This document shows, piece after piece, positions 28,202-41,012 of a DNA stretch of 64,000 bases. Where the stretch lies: positions 6,324,001-6,388,000 of the forward strand of contig OZ004610.1 in the NCBI GenBank assembly GCA_963924565.1, given 5' to 3'. Position numbers and translations under genes: made by a program. Source of the stretch: Ascidiella aspersa (Eukaryota). Each line of letters opens with the position of its first letter. The first letter of the stretch is position 1. The notes beneath the pieces are model-generated. The model was not told where the DNA came from. It made no database searches and saw only the letters and a program-made list of their open reading frames with translations.

Positions 28202-28249
28202 ATGGTAATTGCTGGAGAATCGACGACTTCCAGCACGTCTACGTCAAGC
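28202..28249 (+). CDS. ANK1/2/3: Candidate alternative first exon E (MVIAGESTTSSTSTSS)
   Basis: Strong Kozak context gccATGG, consensus AGC|gtaagt phase-0 donor. Confidence 0.6.
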
Positions 28250-30831
28250 GTAAGTTCAAAAACGTCCAACAGGTTTTTGTTTTGTTGTTGTTCGAAGCTT
28301 TGTTCTCTCGTTCACGCCTATTGGCACCTATCAACAGCGAACAAGGTTCAAGCTGTTTACGCAAAAAATTACCTGCTTTGAGTTCCAATTTGAATTAAAA
28401 ACCAATGTCCGGGAATGTGTAGGGACTCGCGTTTAAAAAAGCCACTCTCTATTCTTCAATCGTAATGCTTGCTTTTGTATTTGTTAAGTTAATGTTTTTA
28501 CAGTGTATATGTGAACCTGACGGGAAATAAATTAGGAGTACATAAATAGAGAAAATGATAGTCATGTGTATATTACTTTCGCTATTTACATAGCCCTGAT
28601 GATTTAGGATTTGTTTAGCTTGCTTTTACGATTTTTAATAGGTTATTCGACAAAAGACATGGTAATATATCTTTTTGATGGCATCGTGTTTGTCAACTAT
28701 ACCTTTCTCCATACAGTTTGATTTTTGATTTCCAATTTCACGTGAAACCTTTTAAGAAACAAACGTTGGCGTATGGCGAAAACGTGCGTTTACCAAATAT
28801 CTGTTCTAGCACGTTAAATCGAGATTACAAAGAGTAAAGACGATAGGATTTTCACGCTTGGTATAGCATTGCAGCAGGTCGAATCCAATTTGTCCGGCAT
28901 ATTTGGAGTTTGCGACAGCTTGCGTATACGCAACAGCGACCATATAGGTCACGCATGACGATCAATTGCCCGGGCCAGCAACGGTCAACGGTCAATGGGA
29001 ATGGTCGTCAAATAATTAGATTCCCGACCTCCAGACGGACCGAAGGGGCTACGACCTCGTCCCTATATGGTGGCATATGTGCTGAATTCATTCTTTGCAA
29101 AAACAGACTGGTTTTATTACTTGTGTAACACGCGTACGCATTGGACGAAAATTATGTTATGAACTACAGCGTACTTTAGTGGTAAATACCTGTGAAATTT
29201 GGGAACGTTCAATTTCAACTACCTCCACTATAAACCCCAGTGTGACACTTTTATCAACAAGGTTTACAAATGTGCTAAAATAAAGTTACCTGTACGACAG
29301 AAGGCTTTGTAATTAAAATGTTGTTTATATCGTTCTAATAAGTACAAACGTGGTAAACTTTTATCATATTTACTATAATTTATCTTTCTCTATCTGCTAG
29401 AAACGCATAGTGTTTTACTTAAAACAAATCGTTTGAATATATTGTTGGTGCACTATTTTCTTGGCCTAGCGTTAAATTTCAGAGATACGCGAACGAAGCT
29501 ATAAAAAATACATTTTTTCTTTTAATTTTGTTTATCACATGAGTCAGTCAGACGCGAGGTAGAATTTTGCTCACTGTAGTGGAACACACAATGGAGTTCC
29601 GCGCGTTTTGAGCTAATACAGCGTCCTTTGTTCTTTTGTACTCGTGCTTGTTTCACAAAGTGGGATGCTGATGGGAACTTCTATCTGAGTTTTCTCCCTT
29701 CTTGTTTGAAGGCTTCGGTCTGTTATTAGGTTTGGGTACTGGTGGCAATTCTCTATATTCTAACCTTAATCTTTTTTCGTACCGCTCCATGTTCTACCCT
29801 CAGTTCATTCAATAAAGAATATTTGAAATACAGTGAAAAAATAACATATTTTCAACTCCTATTCAAAATTCGTGTTAATTCGATTTCACTAGCATATCAA
29901 AACTGTCATTTAAAAAAGCGCAAAAAAACAAAGCAGTACGAATTCGCTCCAAGGCAAGTTATGTTGGACATAATCCTTTTATTGCTTTTTAGTAAATGGT
30001 CATAAAGCAGAAGTTATTCCTTCTGCTGCTCTTATTGTAAGTCCTAGTTGTGGTTATTTAACCCCTAATCTGGACCTGGAAAAGTGTCGCCTTGTCACTG
30101 GCAATTTACCCTGAATTTAACACATGCGACATTGTGTTGTTAACATGTCCGTAGCAAAACAGCATACGTAGGAATCCTTACATTTTTACCGAACCTGTCG
30201 CTATGGAATACATGTGGAACTAATTAAGGCCCTGATATTAACATAACCCTAATGTTACTCAAGACTGTTAAGCTTAAAATGATAGTTTTTCTATCTATTG
30301 GCGTCAGTCTGAATTCAGTGTACGTTCCAATCCTTAAATTAGAACATAAGTAATTATTGGGGAGATTATTTTTTACTTTGTTTTAAAATTATCGTTCTGT
30401 TTAAGTTTTCTCAAAAAAAATAGTTTTTGTTATATTCAACGACTTTTTAACTGCATTATATCTTCACTTGAGCAATACAATTGTATACGTGAGTTTGCAG
30501 ACGACGCCAAGACACTAATACAATACTTTAAACAAATTTTTTTTGTTGAAATCAATGTATTTCTTGTAGGGCGAAATTTTGTCGGAAAAATATATTTTTA
30601 GATCAAAATTTCAATTTTTTAGGTCAAAATTTCTCATTTTTTAGGTAAAAAATAATCGCCTTAGTAATAAGGTTTTTTTTTCAAAAACCCAGCCATACTT
30701 AGTTTTCAAATTGACGAGTTTTACTCTGTTTGTTTTTGACATGTTTTAACGTTTTTAGTGTAGATGTGTAGCCTTTCGATTCACCCGTTCAAAAACTCTT
30801 GTCAAAAACTTAATCCTTCTTTCTTTTTCAG

Positions 30832-30933
30832 GGGGGAGGCGGAAGTCTTCTGCGCGCCGCCAGGTCGGGAAACGTTGAAAAGCTCACAACCCTTTTGGAC
30901 CAGGACAACATCGATATCTCCACCTCGAACAGC
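30832..30933 (+). CDS. ANK1/2/3: Ankyrin exon, ANK repeat 1 (common exon 2)
   Basis: GGGGSLLRAARSGNVEKLTTLLDQDNIDISTSNS; 102 nt, phase 0/0. Confidence 0.95.
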
Positions 30934-31905
30934 GTGAGCAACCTTGGACAACTAGAATTATTTCAGCGCATTTTAAAATTAGATTATAAGTAAAACTTGA
31001 GCTTTCAAAAATCGCATTTTCGTTGTAATTAACCGAATTTGCGAAAACTGGAAAGTTAAACTAAAATTACTTTATTTAATTTAACATTTATTTAAAATCG
31101 CTATTCTTTCCGTTAAAAACATAAACGCTCCAAATTTTCCATTTTTGCGGGATAAAGAAATCACATGTATGGCTTAAAATGTTCCGACTGTGAAAACTAG
31201 GTATCATTTTTTTTAAGCACCAGCAAATCAGAAACTAAATAAGAATTCATGCTATTTGTACTTTAAATTTCCAATTCGTCGGACATCAAGTTGTCTTCGA
31301 CTGACCGTAAATGCCAGTCGGCCTTTGTTTTTTTTAACTGGTTAAACCTCCGCCTACTCCCAGGCAAAGCGCGGTCGTAAAACATTTTGAAGCGAAATCC
31401 CCAGCCAAGCTTGACAGTGGTTTTAACTCTGGCTTCGGGCACTTTGGAAGTCACGTTCGGGTTATTGCTGTTTGCTCTATATGCGACTTGAGTCGACGTT
31501 AGCGCAGTCGCATCGACGTTTTTATTGTCCCAGCCTAGTCTAGCCGTTGTGCAGATTTACGCACCACTGACGAACGTTTTACAATGCGTGAAAATTTACC
31601 AACGAATTTACTTGTGTTTAAGAAAAAACATATCTGTATTCTGTTATTGGGCGAACACCTTGTCTAAGACAAATCACAAATAATCTCTAAAGGATTTTCT
31701 TTTATTTCATGGCTTGGATGCCAAAAAGCACACATGTTTGATCTAAAACCCTCCATTAACTTCATAAGTAAAAGAGGTTTCAAGAGTAGTGCTAAAATAC
31801 TTGTTAGTTTCCAGTTCCTTTATTCTAATACACAAGCTAAATTTCATATTTTGTAGAAGATCAAAATGCATTTCAGTCCATAACAGATTTTTTATCCATT
31901 TTCAG

Positions 31906-32004
31906 AGCGGCCTTACTGCTTTGCATCTGGCTGCGAAGGAAGGCCACTGCGGAATCATCAATGAACTGCTACAACGGGGAGCACCCATCAATCAAACCAC
32001 AAAA
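31906..32004 (+). CDS. ANK1/2/3: Ankyrin exon, repeat 2
   Basis: [14 protein letters not shown]...NQTTK; 99 nt AG/GT. Confidence 0.96.
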
Positions 32005-32120
32005 GTGCGATACTGTTTTCTGAATAGAAAGGCCAATTTATTCTCCCCACCCAAACGAACGTGTTATATGCGTCATGTAATTGTCGACCCCTTTGTTGTG
32101 TGTGGAATATAATTTTAGAA

Positions 32121-32360
32121 CAGGAATTCTTAAACGTTTTTTAATGCGAACCACCAATTTTGTTTGGAGGAGTGGCATGGACCAGGTCGACATCGAATGT
32201 TTAAAGCTGACATTATTAAGTGATGTCTCAAAATGAATTTAGTTAAGAAATCTGCTGTATTTTTGGTATAAACTTTTCATTTTTTCGTGTTTAACTATGA
32301 TTTCAACGAATAGTCTACGTGCCCTCTAGGGGTCCACAGACGCTAGTTTAAGAGCCCCTC
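32121..32360. mobile_element. Degenerate MITE related to 10427-10767 (reverse orientation)
   Basis: caggaattcttaaac ... ggggtccacagacgctagtttaagagcccctc. Confidence 0.55.
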
Positions 32361-32574
32361 CTAATAGGTATTGAGTTTGTTTAGATTTACACACACACAT
32401 GGAAATAGTAACAAGATGTTTTTTTTTAAGTCTGTGCTGCTTTCGTAAATTTTTAATATTAATCTAATTTTAATGTAACCCGCAAAAAAAGTATACTGGC
32501 CTTTGTTGAACTTTTAGGATTGCAATGCTGTGTCCTTTCTTGTTTATAATTCCCAATTTAACCTTTTTTAATAG

Positions 32575-32673
32575 AGAGGAAACACAGCTTTGCACATCGC
32601 GTCGCTCGCAGGAAAACTTGCTGTTGTTGAACTTTTGCTGGCCAAGGGAGCGGACTGCAACAGCCAGGCCCAG
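32575..32673 (+). CDS. ANK1/2/3: Ankyrin exon, repeat 3
   Basis: RGNTALHIASLAGK...NSQAQ; 99 nt. Confidence 0.96.
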
Positions 32674-33946
32674 GTAAATGGACAAACACACGCTCTCCGA
32701 GTTCAGTGATGTGTCATAACGACAATACTGTTTATTTCTTTCATAGTGCGTTCTGTAAATCTATTCAACTGAAACTAATGCGAGCTGTTAGGAGCAAGGT
32801 GATAGGGCTAGCTTCGACTAGAAGCGCACAACTGATGAATTGTTTACATTAAAAAAAATGCGTAACGCATTGCCCAAGCCGGAAAACGGGTTTTACGAAC
32901 AGACTGAAATCAGAAACGATGGCTTACCACCGGAAATGTAAAGCACATGCCTTACCAACTTAAAATATATGACAATATATGTACGGCTCTACACGGCCCA
33001 CAACTACATGATAAAACTGAAACAATAATTAATAGCTCTTGGTCTACTGAAAACGACTCATAGGTCCACATTTGAGCCGTGGCCCACAGTTTGTCAACCA
33101 CTGCTATAACCCATGAGACGAATGGCAGAGGTTAGTCTCAAACTATAAAACTGGTGTTTATACGACCCTGTTATATACAATTGATTAAAATTGAAATTAA
33201 ACTTCTGGCGCCGTAATAAAAAGCAATATACAGCAACCTCGAGGGATGGCACTGAGGACTGGCTTGGCAGTTGGACTTTAGCAGCTTATCTATAGCTAAT
33301 TTCAGTAAGTTAAAAATCGATCGCTTCGGCTCGATTCCAAGGCCCCCCGGATGATCAGGACTTTAGTAGGTTGGTTCTATTTTTGACGTTTTACCTGGCG
33401 GGTTAAGCTGAGAATTCCTTGTCCTTGTCTAAAGTCGACTATCGCGGGCATTGGAGCGACCAAAGTTATACATGTACCCCTTTTTCGGTGAAAATAAATC
33501 AGCTATCCAACGGACCAGCTATGCTGTGCTTTCATCTTTTATAAAGCCATCGATATGTCTTAAAGGCGAATGCTGATGTTTGAAACTATAATTTGAACTT
33601 TTGTATCTATGTACGAAAAAATGATTATATCTGTGTGTATCTAAGCTTTAATTGGAAATAATTAAAACCAGAGCAGGTCTGAGCGAAGATCTAAATGCAG
33701 AATTGAAAGGAGGATGGGGCGTTTGTAAAATAAACCCCAGTATAATACTATTTTGCGACTTTGTCGTATCACATAGAAAACGATATGCAAATTGGTTGTT
33801 GAAAAATCAAACAGATAGTAGCTAGATTTTAACTTAACTCGATTTGCCTATTGGATGGAGTACGTTAAAGTGTATGGTACTACTGTAGCATAGCATGTCC
33901 GGAAAGTTTATTTAAGCACCCTGAAGTATGATTTCTTTTATTCCAG

Positions 33947-34045
33947 AATGCATTCACACCATTGTACATGGCCGCGCAGGAAGGCCATGAGAACATTGTG
34001 GAGTATTTGCTGGAGCATGGAGCCAACCAAAGCATTTCGACCGAG
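33947..34045 (+). CDS. ANK1/2/3: Ankyrin exon, repeat 4
   Basis: [14 protein letters not shown]...SISTE; 99 nt. Confidence 0.96.
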
Positions 34046-36324
34046 GTAAGATTGCAATCATACCTTATCTGCACAATTTCCAGTTTGCTCGTGGGAAACG
34101 TCACAACACTTTACTGAAAATCGCTGTCGTTATATAATCGAGCATTTTTCGTTATGCGTTTCTCAGTCGAACAACGGATATATATATCTGAGAAACAATA
34201 CAACCGACTATGCAAAAATTTCACACTCAACATTTTTAAAAGGGCAAGTTTTTCATTTGTTTAATTTATTAACTGCTTGACAGGTGTTTATAAGACGTAC
34301 TTTAATTTATGTTTCAAGTCTTACCTTTATCTGACGAGCATGGTTGTACAAAACACTCATAATTTGTATTTAGGAAATATCATTTGTATTTTAAATACGC
34401 TATATAATTAACCTGCTTTAGAAAACTGTCAAATTTGATGGAAAACCAAATGCAGAACGCATATCTTCTACCCTGGATTTTTTTTGCAAAATACAGCATA
34501 GTTATATTCTTGTCTTGAATGGGCACGTCAATAAAAAAAGGAATATGAAATAAGACAATTTTGTCTATTTTGTAAAGGTTGTTTGTTGCCTCTGGGTTTA
34601 CTGCAATTCCTGTAGGTCAAAAAAGATAACATGCCTATTCCAGATAGGCCGAAGCAATTTTATATAGCAAAGCCTATTATGCGCTTGATGGCTCTTTTAC
34701 CGTTGGCGCTCAATAATTCAGTTTGTTCAATTATTTATGCTTTCTCTTTTCCGTTGACAAATGATAAATGCGACTCGTAGTTTATTATGCGCGTGTATGC
34801 ATTGCGCAACAGCAAAACATAGCTGGAAAGTTGAAATAGGTTCGTGTTGGATTGCGTCTATAAGTCTTGTAACGAACGCCGGGCCAACTCTTGACATTTC
34901 ACTTTTCGTTAACGAGAAATTAATTCCCTGATGATATGAACTTAGGGTGGTAATAGTGTTAACCTTTAGTCGAATCTGTAATACGCTTTTATGCAATATT
35001 TTTTTTAACTGCAGGGCATGTTCTTTACATTAAGGCATTTTCTCAACAAACACTTTATTCGTTGCAAATAGCACCGCAGTTGTTTTGCTTGTATTGCAGG
35101 TTTATTAATTATGGCACTCAATAAACAAAAAAAAATTGCCAAATTTTTGGGACACCAATTTATACGCATGAGATGTATAACGGTCGGTCAAGGACAACAA
35201 TGTTGCCGATAGAATTCCGATGTGAAAGCAAAAAATATTTAGCTGACAGTAATGGGCAACAAAGTTCCGCCAACACGTTATGGTCCACTGTACAGTCACG
35301 AATTCCAAATTAAGTGTTTTGGCAAATCAAATGGAGAGGATTGAAACTCGTGTCCACTTGAGGTTGAAGTGCGTCCAAAACATTGGACGGGAAAACCAAT
35401 TCGTTGTTGAGCTTTTAATTGGCCTTTCGTTATGTTTGGGTTTTTGAGGTTCGTTTAAGCCATACAGATATCGGCAATAAACCAAAATATTGATTATTTT
35501 TTAAAAACTATACTTGAAATATAATTAGTGTTGGTTTGAATTGCTTTTTTATTATGCGTTTAGAATAAATAAACTGTAATTCCTTGACCACACCTGCAAA
35601 TGTTTAAACTATTTTTTTCATATTATTATGGCGTTCATGAGTTTTCTAAGCACCTTTACAGTAAATCTCAAATGAGGTCTGTTAAGTCATGTACGATAAT
35701 ATAAGGGCTCGTTTTGTATTTTTCCAAATTTTGTTTTAAAAAAGCTAATGTGCTGTCGGCTGTTAATTCACTACTTTCTGAGAAGTATACTTTAAAGGCA
35801 GAAAACGTTGGGTTTGATCGCCAACCATGCCCAAAATACCCTTAGCAATTTAGTTTAGGCTCGGGTATCGATCCGACGATGTCCAGTAATGTCGGACATC
35901 TTTAAATTATATAGTCCCCCATAAAATGCCCTGGGCGTCAAATTATTAAGCTTGGCCTGAAAAGTTGCCCCTATAAACGGGAGACTGTGATCGATTTGTT
36001 TCACGATTCAGTGGGCGTGGTTTTCAGCCTCGAAGCGCAGCCCTGTTTATGCCACTTATAAAGAGGCCTGGTATCTTTGGGAAAAAGCCTTCGGAAACAT
36101 GCACACACATTTGTGTGTTAACTACAACTGTGATCTGGCCCTTCTGAAGCTGCTTTTTACCAACGATTACTGCATACGTATAACTAGTACACCGCGATGG
36201 CTTTTCGGTGTACTATATTTGTACTACACATCTAATTTTTTACCGAGATTTAAATGACCTTGAAAGTGGCGATATACCACAGTAAAACCCAAATGCGAAA
36301 CAAAAACTCGACTTCTCTTTAAAG

Positions 36325-36510
36325 GACGGCTTCACGCCTCTCGCGGTCGCCCTTCAAGAGAACAAGGACAAGGTCGTTCAGCTGCTTCTTGACAATGACG
36401 TCAAGGGCCGGGTGAAGCTGCCAGCGTTACACATCGCTGCGCGCAAGGATGACGTCAAGGCCGCCGCCCTGCTGCTGCAGAACGACAACACCGCCGACAC
36501 TACGTCACGG
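36325..36510 (+). CDS. ANK1/2/3: Ankyrin exon, repeats 5-6
   Basis: [11 protein letters not shown]...[23 protein letters not shown]...; 186 nt. Confidence 0.96.
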
Positions 36511-37121
36511 GTAAAGTCCCCTTTGCGTGTAATGGTGGCAAACCTGTAGAAACCGCGATTTTGTTTTTCCGTTTCTGGGATTTTGTTTTTCAATTGGATA
36601 ACATTTTTGTTTTTGGGCCAGCCTTTTTAAGTTCTGCCCCTTATCATAACACTTGTGACCATAGGCGCCGAACTTTTAAAATTTCAGTGCGTTTTTTAAA
36701 GATCAGTACAAAATGCTAACACCAACTAAGCGTAACGACACTTTGGAAACCCATTTAGACCATCCGTATTATCATTAAAGCAATGCGTTGTGTAAGGCAC
36801 CTTGTAAAATTGATTTTAAGAAGAAAAAACATTTGCTGTGTTTGTTTGAATCTGTGCTATCTTTATTAATTCGAAAACATCTAAAATGCCGCATGCTTTT
36901 TTCAATGGAATAAGCATTTTGGCCTAAACCGTTATGTCTTTAGATCTAGTTTTACAATTTTTGTTTTATTTAACACATTTGCGTCTTTGCTGTTTCAGTC
37001 ATTCGTGTATACTAGGCTTGGAATGTTCAACACACAACGTGTCGTTTGGCTAACCTACGATTTTTTGTTTTGTTTTTTATTTGCTGCTTGGTGCATGGCG
37101 TGTCCTTGGTAATCTCGACAG

Positions 37122-37145
37122 ATGATGGTCAACCGAACTACGGAG
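37122..37145 (+). CDS. ANK1/2/3: 24-nt microexon MMVNRTTE
   Basis: cag|ATGATGGTCAACCGAACTACGGAG|gtaaag, phase 0/0; same peptide and position as the vertebrate ANK2 microexon as recalled. Confidence 0.92.
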
Positions 37146-37244
37146 GTAAAGTTACATTCACACCGTTTAGTTTTTGTTTCTATTTTTCACGTGTATTTCA
37201 ATCATGGTCAGCTGTATGTTGTAGTCACGCTAATACCTGCACGT

Positions 37245-37713
37245 CAGGGATGGCGAACCACTGACCCACGGGTCAAAAAGTGACTCATTACAGATATTCA
37301 GTGGCCCACTTGGCTTTTTAAAAATAACAAATATAAACATTTTTTTTATAATAATAACGTTTACCCTAAATATTTATAATAAAACATTCATTGATAAAAT
37401 CATGAAAACCATGTTGAAATACAATCCTTATACTTATTTCATGGGATTTCTGCCAAACTCGTTTGACTCAATAAAAATATTCCTAGTAAATTGGTTAACT
37501 TTCAGTTAAAAAAACAAACATTTTTTTAAAATGAAATTGAATCGTATCAATAAATTTAGGGATTTCCAGTCGAGGATAAACTTGTAGAGAATGCGCAGTA
37601 GCGAGTTTGGCGGTAATTTAACCGAATTTAACGTAATGTATAATCCGCCTTTTTCATGAATCAAGGTCTCGTTCTTGACACACGCAATAAATAAAAAAGG
37701 TTCGCTATCCCTG
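37245..37713. mobile_element. hAT-type MITE 100 nt downstream of the microexon
   Basis: TIRs cagggatggcgaacc / ggttcgctatccctg. Confidence 0.7.
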
Positions 37714-37947
37714 ACCTATATGTGTATATTTCAAAGCACTTATATTGAAGTCATCCGGTTATGAAGAACGTTTTTATATATGCGCGTTGTAAAACGATTT
37801 TTATTGCAACAAGATTTTTTTCAAAAGTCATTGGTTTGAATAATACTAAATTTGAATTGCTTTCTTGCACATAAGAATTCCAAATGTTTTACATTATAAA
37901 ATATTATTTTTTTTTATTTTTTAAACCAACTGTTTGATACATTCCAG

Positions 37948-38046
37948 AGCGGCTTCACTGCTTTGCACATCGCTGCCCACTACGGAAACGTGAATGTGGC
38001 AACTCTTCTGCTCAACAGAGGGGCGTCGGTGGATTTCAAGGCCAGG
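37948..38046 (+). CDS. ANK1/2/3: Ankyrin exon, repeat 7
   Basis: [33 protein letters not shown]. Confidence 0.97.
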
Positions 38047-38474
38047 GTAAGCTAAATAGACCAGTGAAGTTTGTAACAACCAACAGTTGGAAAGATGCGC
38101 TATATGTAGTTTCTCAAACAACATTTAAGTGCATTTTTGTTTAATCAAATACATGCCTTTGTAATTACTTCTCAATTATTTGAAAAGAGAATTTAGTCTG
38201 CGTTTCTGATTGTCTACGTCACAATGCTTTATGCCTTAAGATCACTTTATGCACTTGTCGACCTAATGTACCTAATGTACATTTTAGTTTAATTAAGTTT
38301 TTGTGGCGCAAAAACGAAAGTACATAGGCAGGGATCTGTGTGACAAGATTCTTCCATGTTTTTTTTAACAAATATATCTATCAAAACGAATTTATAAAAC
38401 TTTGTATATTCTATGTTAAATATCGTGTCGCCAAAAACGAAATAAACGTAAAAACTCAAAAACTGTTTTCTCAG

Positions 38475-38675
38475 AACGGAATCACACCAATGCACGTGGC
38501 TGCCAAAAGGGGGAATACCCGCTTTTGCGCGCTTCTACTGGACCGGAACGGGCGTCCGGACGCCTGTACCAGGGACGGTCTTATCCCCATCCACTGCGCG
38601 GCCAGGTCCGGACACCTTCCAATCGTCAAGCTCTTCTTGGATTGCGAGAACACGCCCAAGTTTGCCAGGACCAAG
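38475..38675 (+). CDS. ANK1/2/3: Ankyrin exon, repeats 8-9
   Basis: NGITPMHVAAKRGN...HCAARSGH...ARTK; 201 nt. Confidence 0.96.
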
Positions 38676-38754
38676 GTAAAGTTAGCGTCTATAACATTTC
38701 GGTTAAGGGTTGAGAGGTACTAGGTATTAGGTACTTTCACGCTCATAACCAAAT

Positions 38755-38957
38755 TGCCTAAGTCATTTTTTCCAGATTTTTAAAGTTTTTGCTTCAGTCA
38801 CTCCTTGTTACCATCCCCATCCATAGAAAAAGTACTTGGGTCATTTTCCATGCGCTTGTGCAATAAAATGACTTACGCATTTTTTCTATGGATGGGGATG
38901 GTAACAAGGAGTGGCTTAGACAAAAACTCTGAAAATCTGGAAAAAATGACTTAGGCA
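38755..38957. mobile_element. Near-perfect palindromic MITE of about 200 bp
   Basis: tgcctaagtcattttttccagatttt ... aaaatctggaaaaaatgacttaggca; internal arms also complementary. Confidence 0.75.
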
Positions 38958-38979
38958 CTTTTATTTGCGTGACAGTATA

Positions 38980-39155
38980 CTGTAAAACGAGTAACATTGT
39001 GTTAAAATCAACGTCTTTAAGTTCGGTTTTTGGTTACAGAGGTAGCAGATAATACGTTCTGTAAAACGAGTAACATTTTGTTAAAATCAGCGTATTTATA
39101 AGGTTCGGTTTAGAATTGAACGGTAGTAGATATTAAGTTCTGTAAAAGGGTAACA
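38980..39155. repeat. Tandem repeat of about 80 bp, about 2.2 copies
   Basis: ctgtaaaacgagtaacatt repeated. Confidence 0.75.
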
Positions 39156-40334
39156 ACTAACATTGCGCACAGGCATTCAAAATGTTTATACCGGGTTGCT
39201 TGTGTATAGATGTCCAACTGTTGTACAAGTTCTAACTTTATAAACAAACATAAAAAATAAAAAATAACAGGTCGGCCTAAAAACCTATCACATTTTGTGC
39301 TGTAATAAGCCCATTTCTTAAAAAAACTTCAAATCGTTTGTTCAACGTTAATAATAGACCAGGTCTGTCTGCGTTTATACGTTTACAACGCATACTTACA
39401 AACTAGATTTGTTGGGAATATGCTCTTTGATATTTTGTTGCTTGACAGAATTCCAAATTTTCCTAGATAGTTAAACTGATATTTCGTCTTTGCTGAATCA
39501 ATTTATTTTCTAATATTAAGTTATATTTTTGTTGATTCTTAGGTGTAACCAGTTTATAATGATTAGGTATTTTAAATTATATTTACTGCCCTCATTGTGT
39601 ATCAAGTCACTTCTAGATAAAATAGAAACTGTTTTCCGCGTCAGAATTGTGAATTAACAAAATCGGCGTTTCTCAAAAAGTACTTTGGACCACATTAACG
39701 CGATCTTGCATTCTATTATTTGCACATTACACATATTACTCAGGTGTCCTGTTATACAACACTGTCATATATTATAAAAGGGGAACAATGGCTTTATATA
39801 TGACAAAGGTGTTGGCGCCTTAAACGTGTTAGCTTAAAGCATTTTGCCTGGTCCACGACTGTGCCAATATTGATATGTTAAAATCGCGTTTTAATCGGCG
39901 GCTAATAAAAGGAATAGTATTTTTTTCTATTACTTTTAACCTTACCATCTGCAGATGAATAAGACGATTATGTTTCTGAGCTTTTGTATATTACGAGTAC
40001 AAATTTCGTTTTAAGCATTATATCACTTAAATATCCAATAAGAATAGTATTTCTTTCTATTACTTTTGTGTGACCATCACAGATATATACGATTAGATTT
40101 CACAGATTTTGCATAGTGTAATGGCAAATATCGTTCATAATTTTCCATCATTTTTTTCAAAAAAATAATATCTGTCGTATCAGCGAAAGTGCCAAGTCAT
40201 ATCAAGCTTTTACAACTGTTTGATTCCATTATTTAAAAAACAAACTAAGATCCCTCAAACTTGTGTTGCTTTTCAATGTTAAAAAATTCATAACTTGCAA
40301 ACCCAAACATCGATTTAAAGTATTTTTTTTTTAG

Positions 40335-40433
40335 AATGGACTCACCGCTCTCCACATGGCGGCGCAAGGCGGGCATGACAACGTCATCGCGATTTTGCTC
40401 GAGAAAGAATACTCGGCCGATGACGTCACGTCG
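40335..40433 (+). CDS. ANK1/2/3: Ankyrin exon, repeat 10
   Basis: NGLTALHMAAQGGH...DDVTS; 99 nt. Confidence 0.96.
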
Positions 40434-41012
40434 GTAGGTGTCTGTCGGAAAACTAAAAAGCCAAGCTTCGAAAAAACATTTGACTTCTGTTTTTGTTTTT
40501 TAAAATAAAGGGCTTGACCAGTGAAAGCACAACCTTATATTGTAACGGCAATCTTATTCGTCAAAAAATGCCAGTGCTTAACTGTAGTTGCAATGGTTTA
40601 TGTATGCTTACTAATGTGTTGTCAATATTATGTAATTGCTAGTCACGAATAACTAACTAATCAATTCGATTCGCAATTTATACAATTCTTTATAACTTTA
40701 GTACAGTAAACGACAATATAGCTTTAATGCGATTGCTCAACTATAGTTGCGATCAATTCATGCATACTAATATATTGTCAATATTGTGTAATTGTTTTAT
40801 CACGAATAGATAACTTAATTCGTAAAGCTTTATAATTTTGGAAGAGTAAACGACAATATCGCTTTGCTTGCCTAAAAGTATATTAAAGTACCTTTTCCAC
40901 TGGAAGAACGGCCACTATATGCTTGATGTGAAATCGAACCAGTCAATCAAGTTCGGCAAATCGACCTGTTTAATAGTATAGTGCCCTTTGATTTATTGAT
41001 CTGTTGTTTCAG

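Noticed and set aside
36999-37004. Possible second 6-nt microexon (TCATTC) after a strong acceptor
   Set aside because: Donor gtgtat is weak and I know of no homolog
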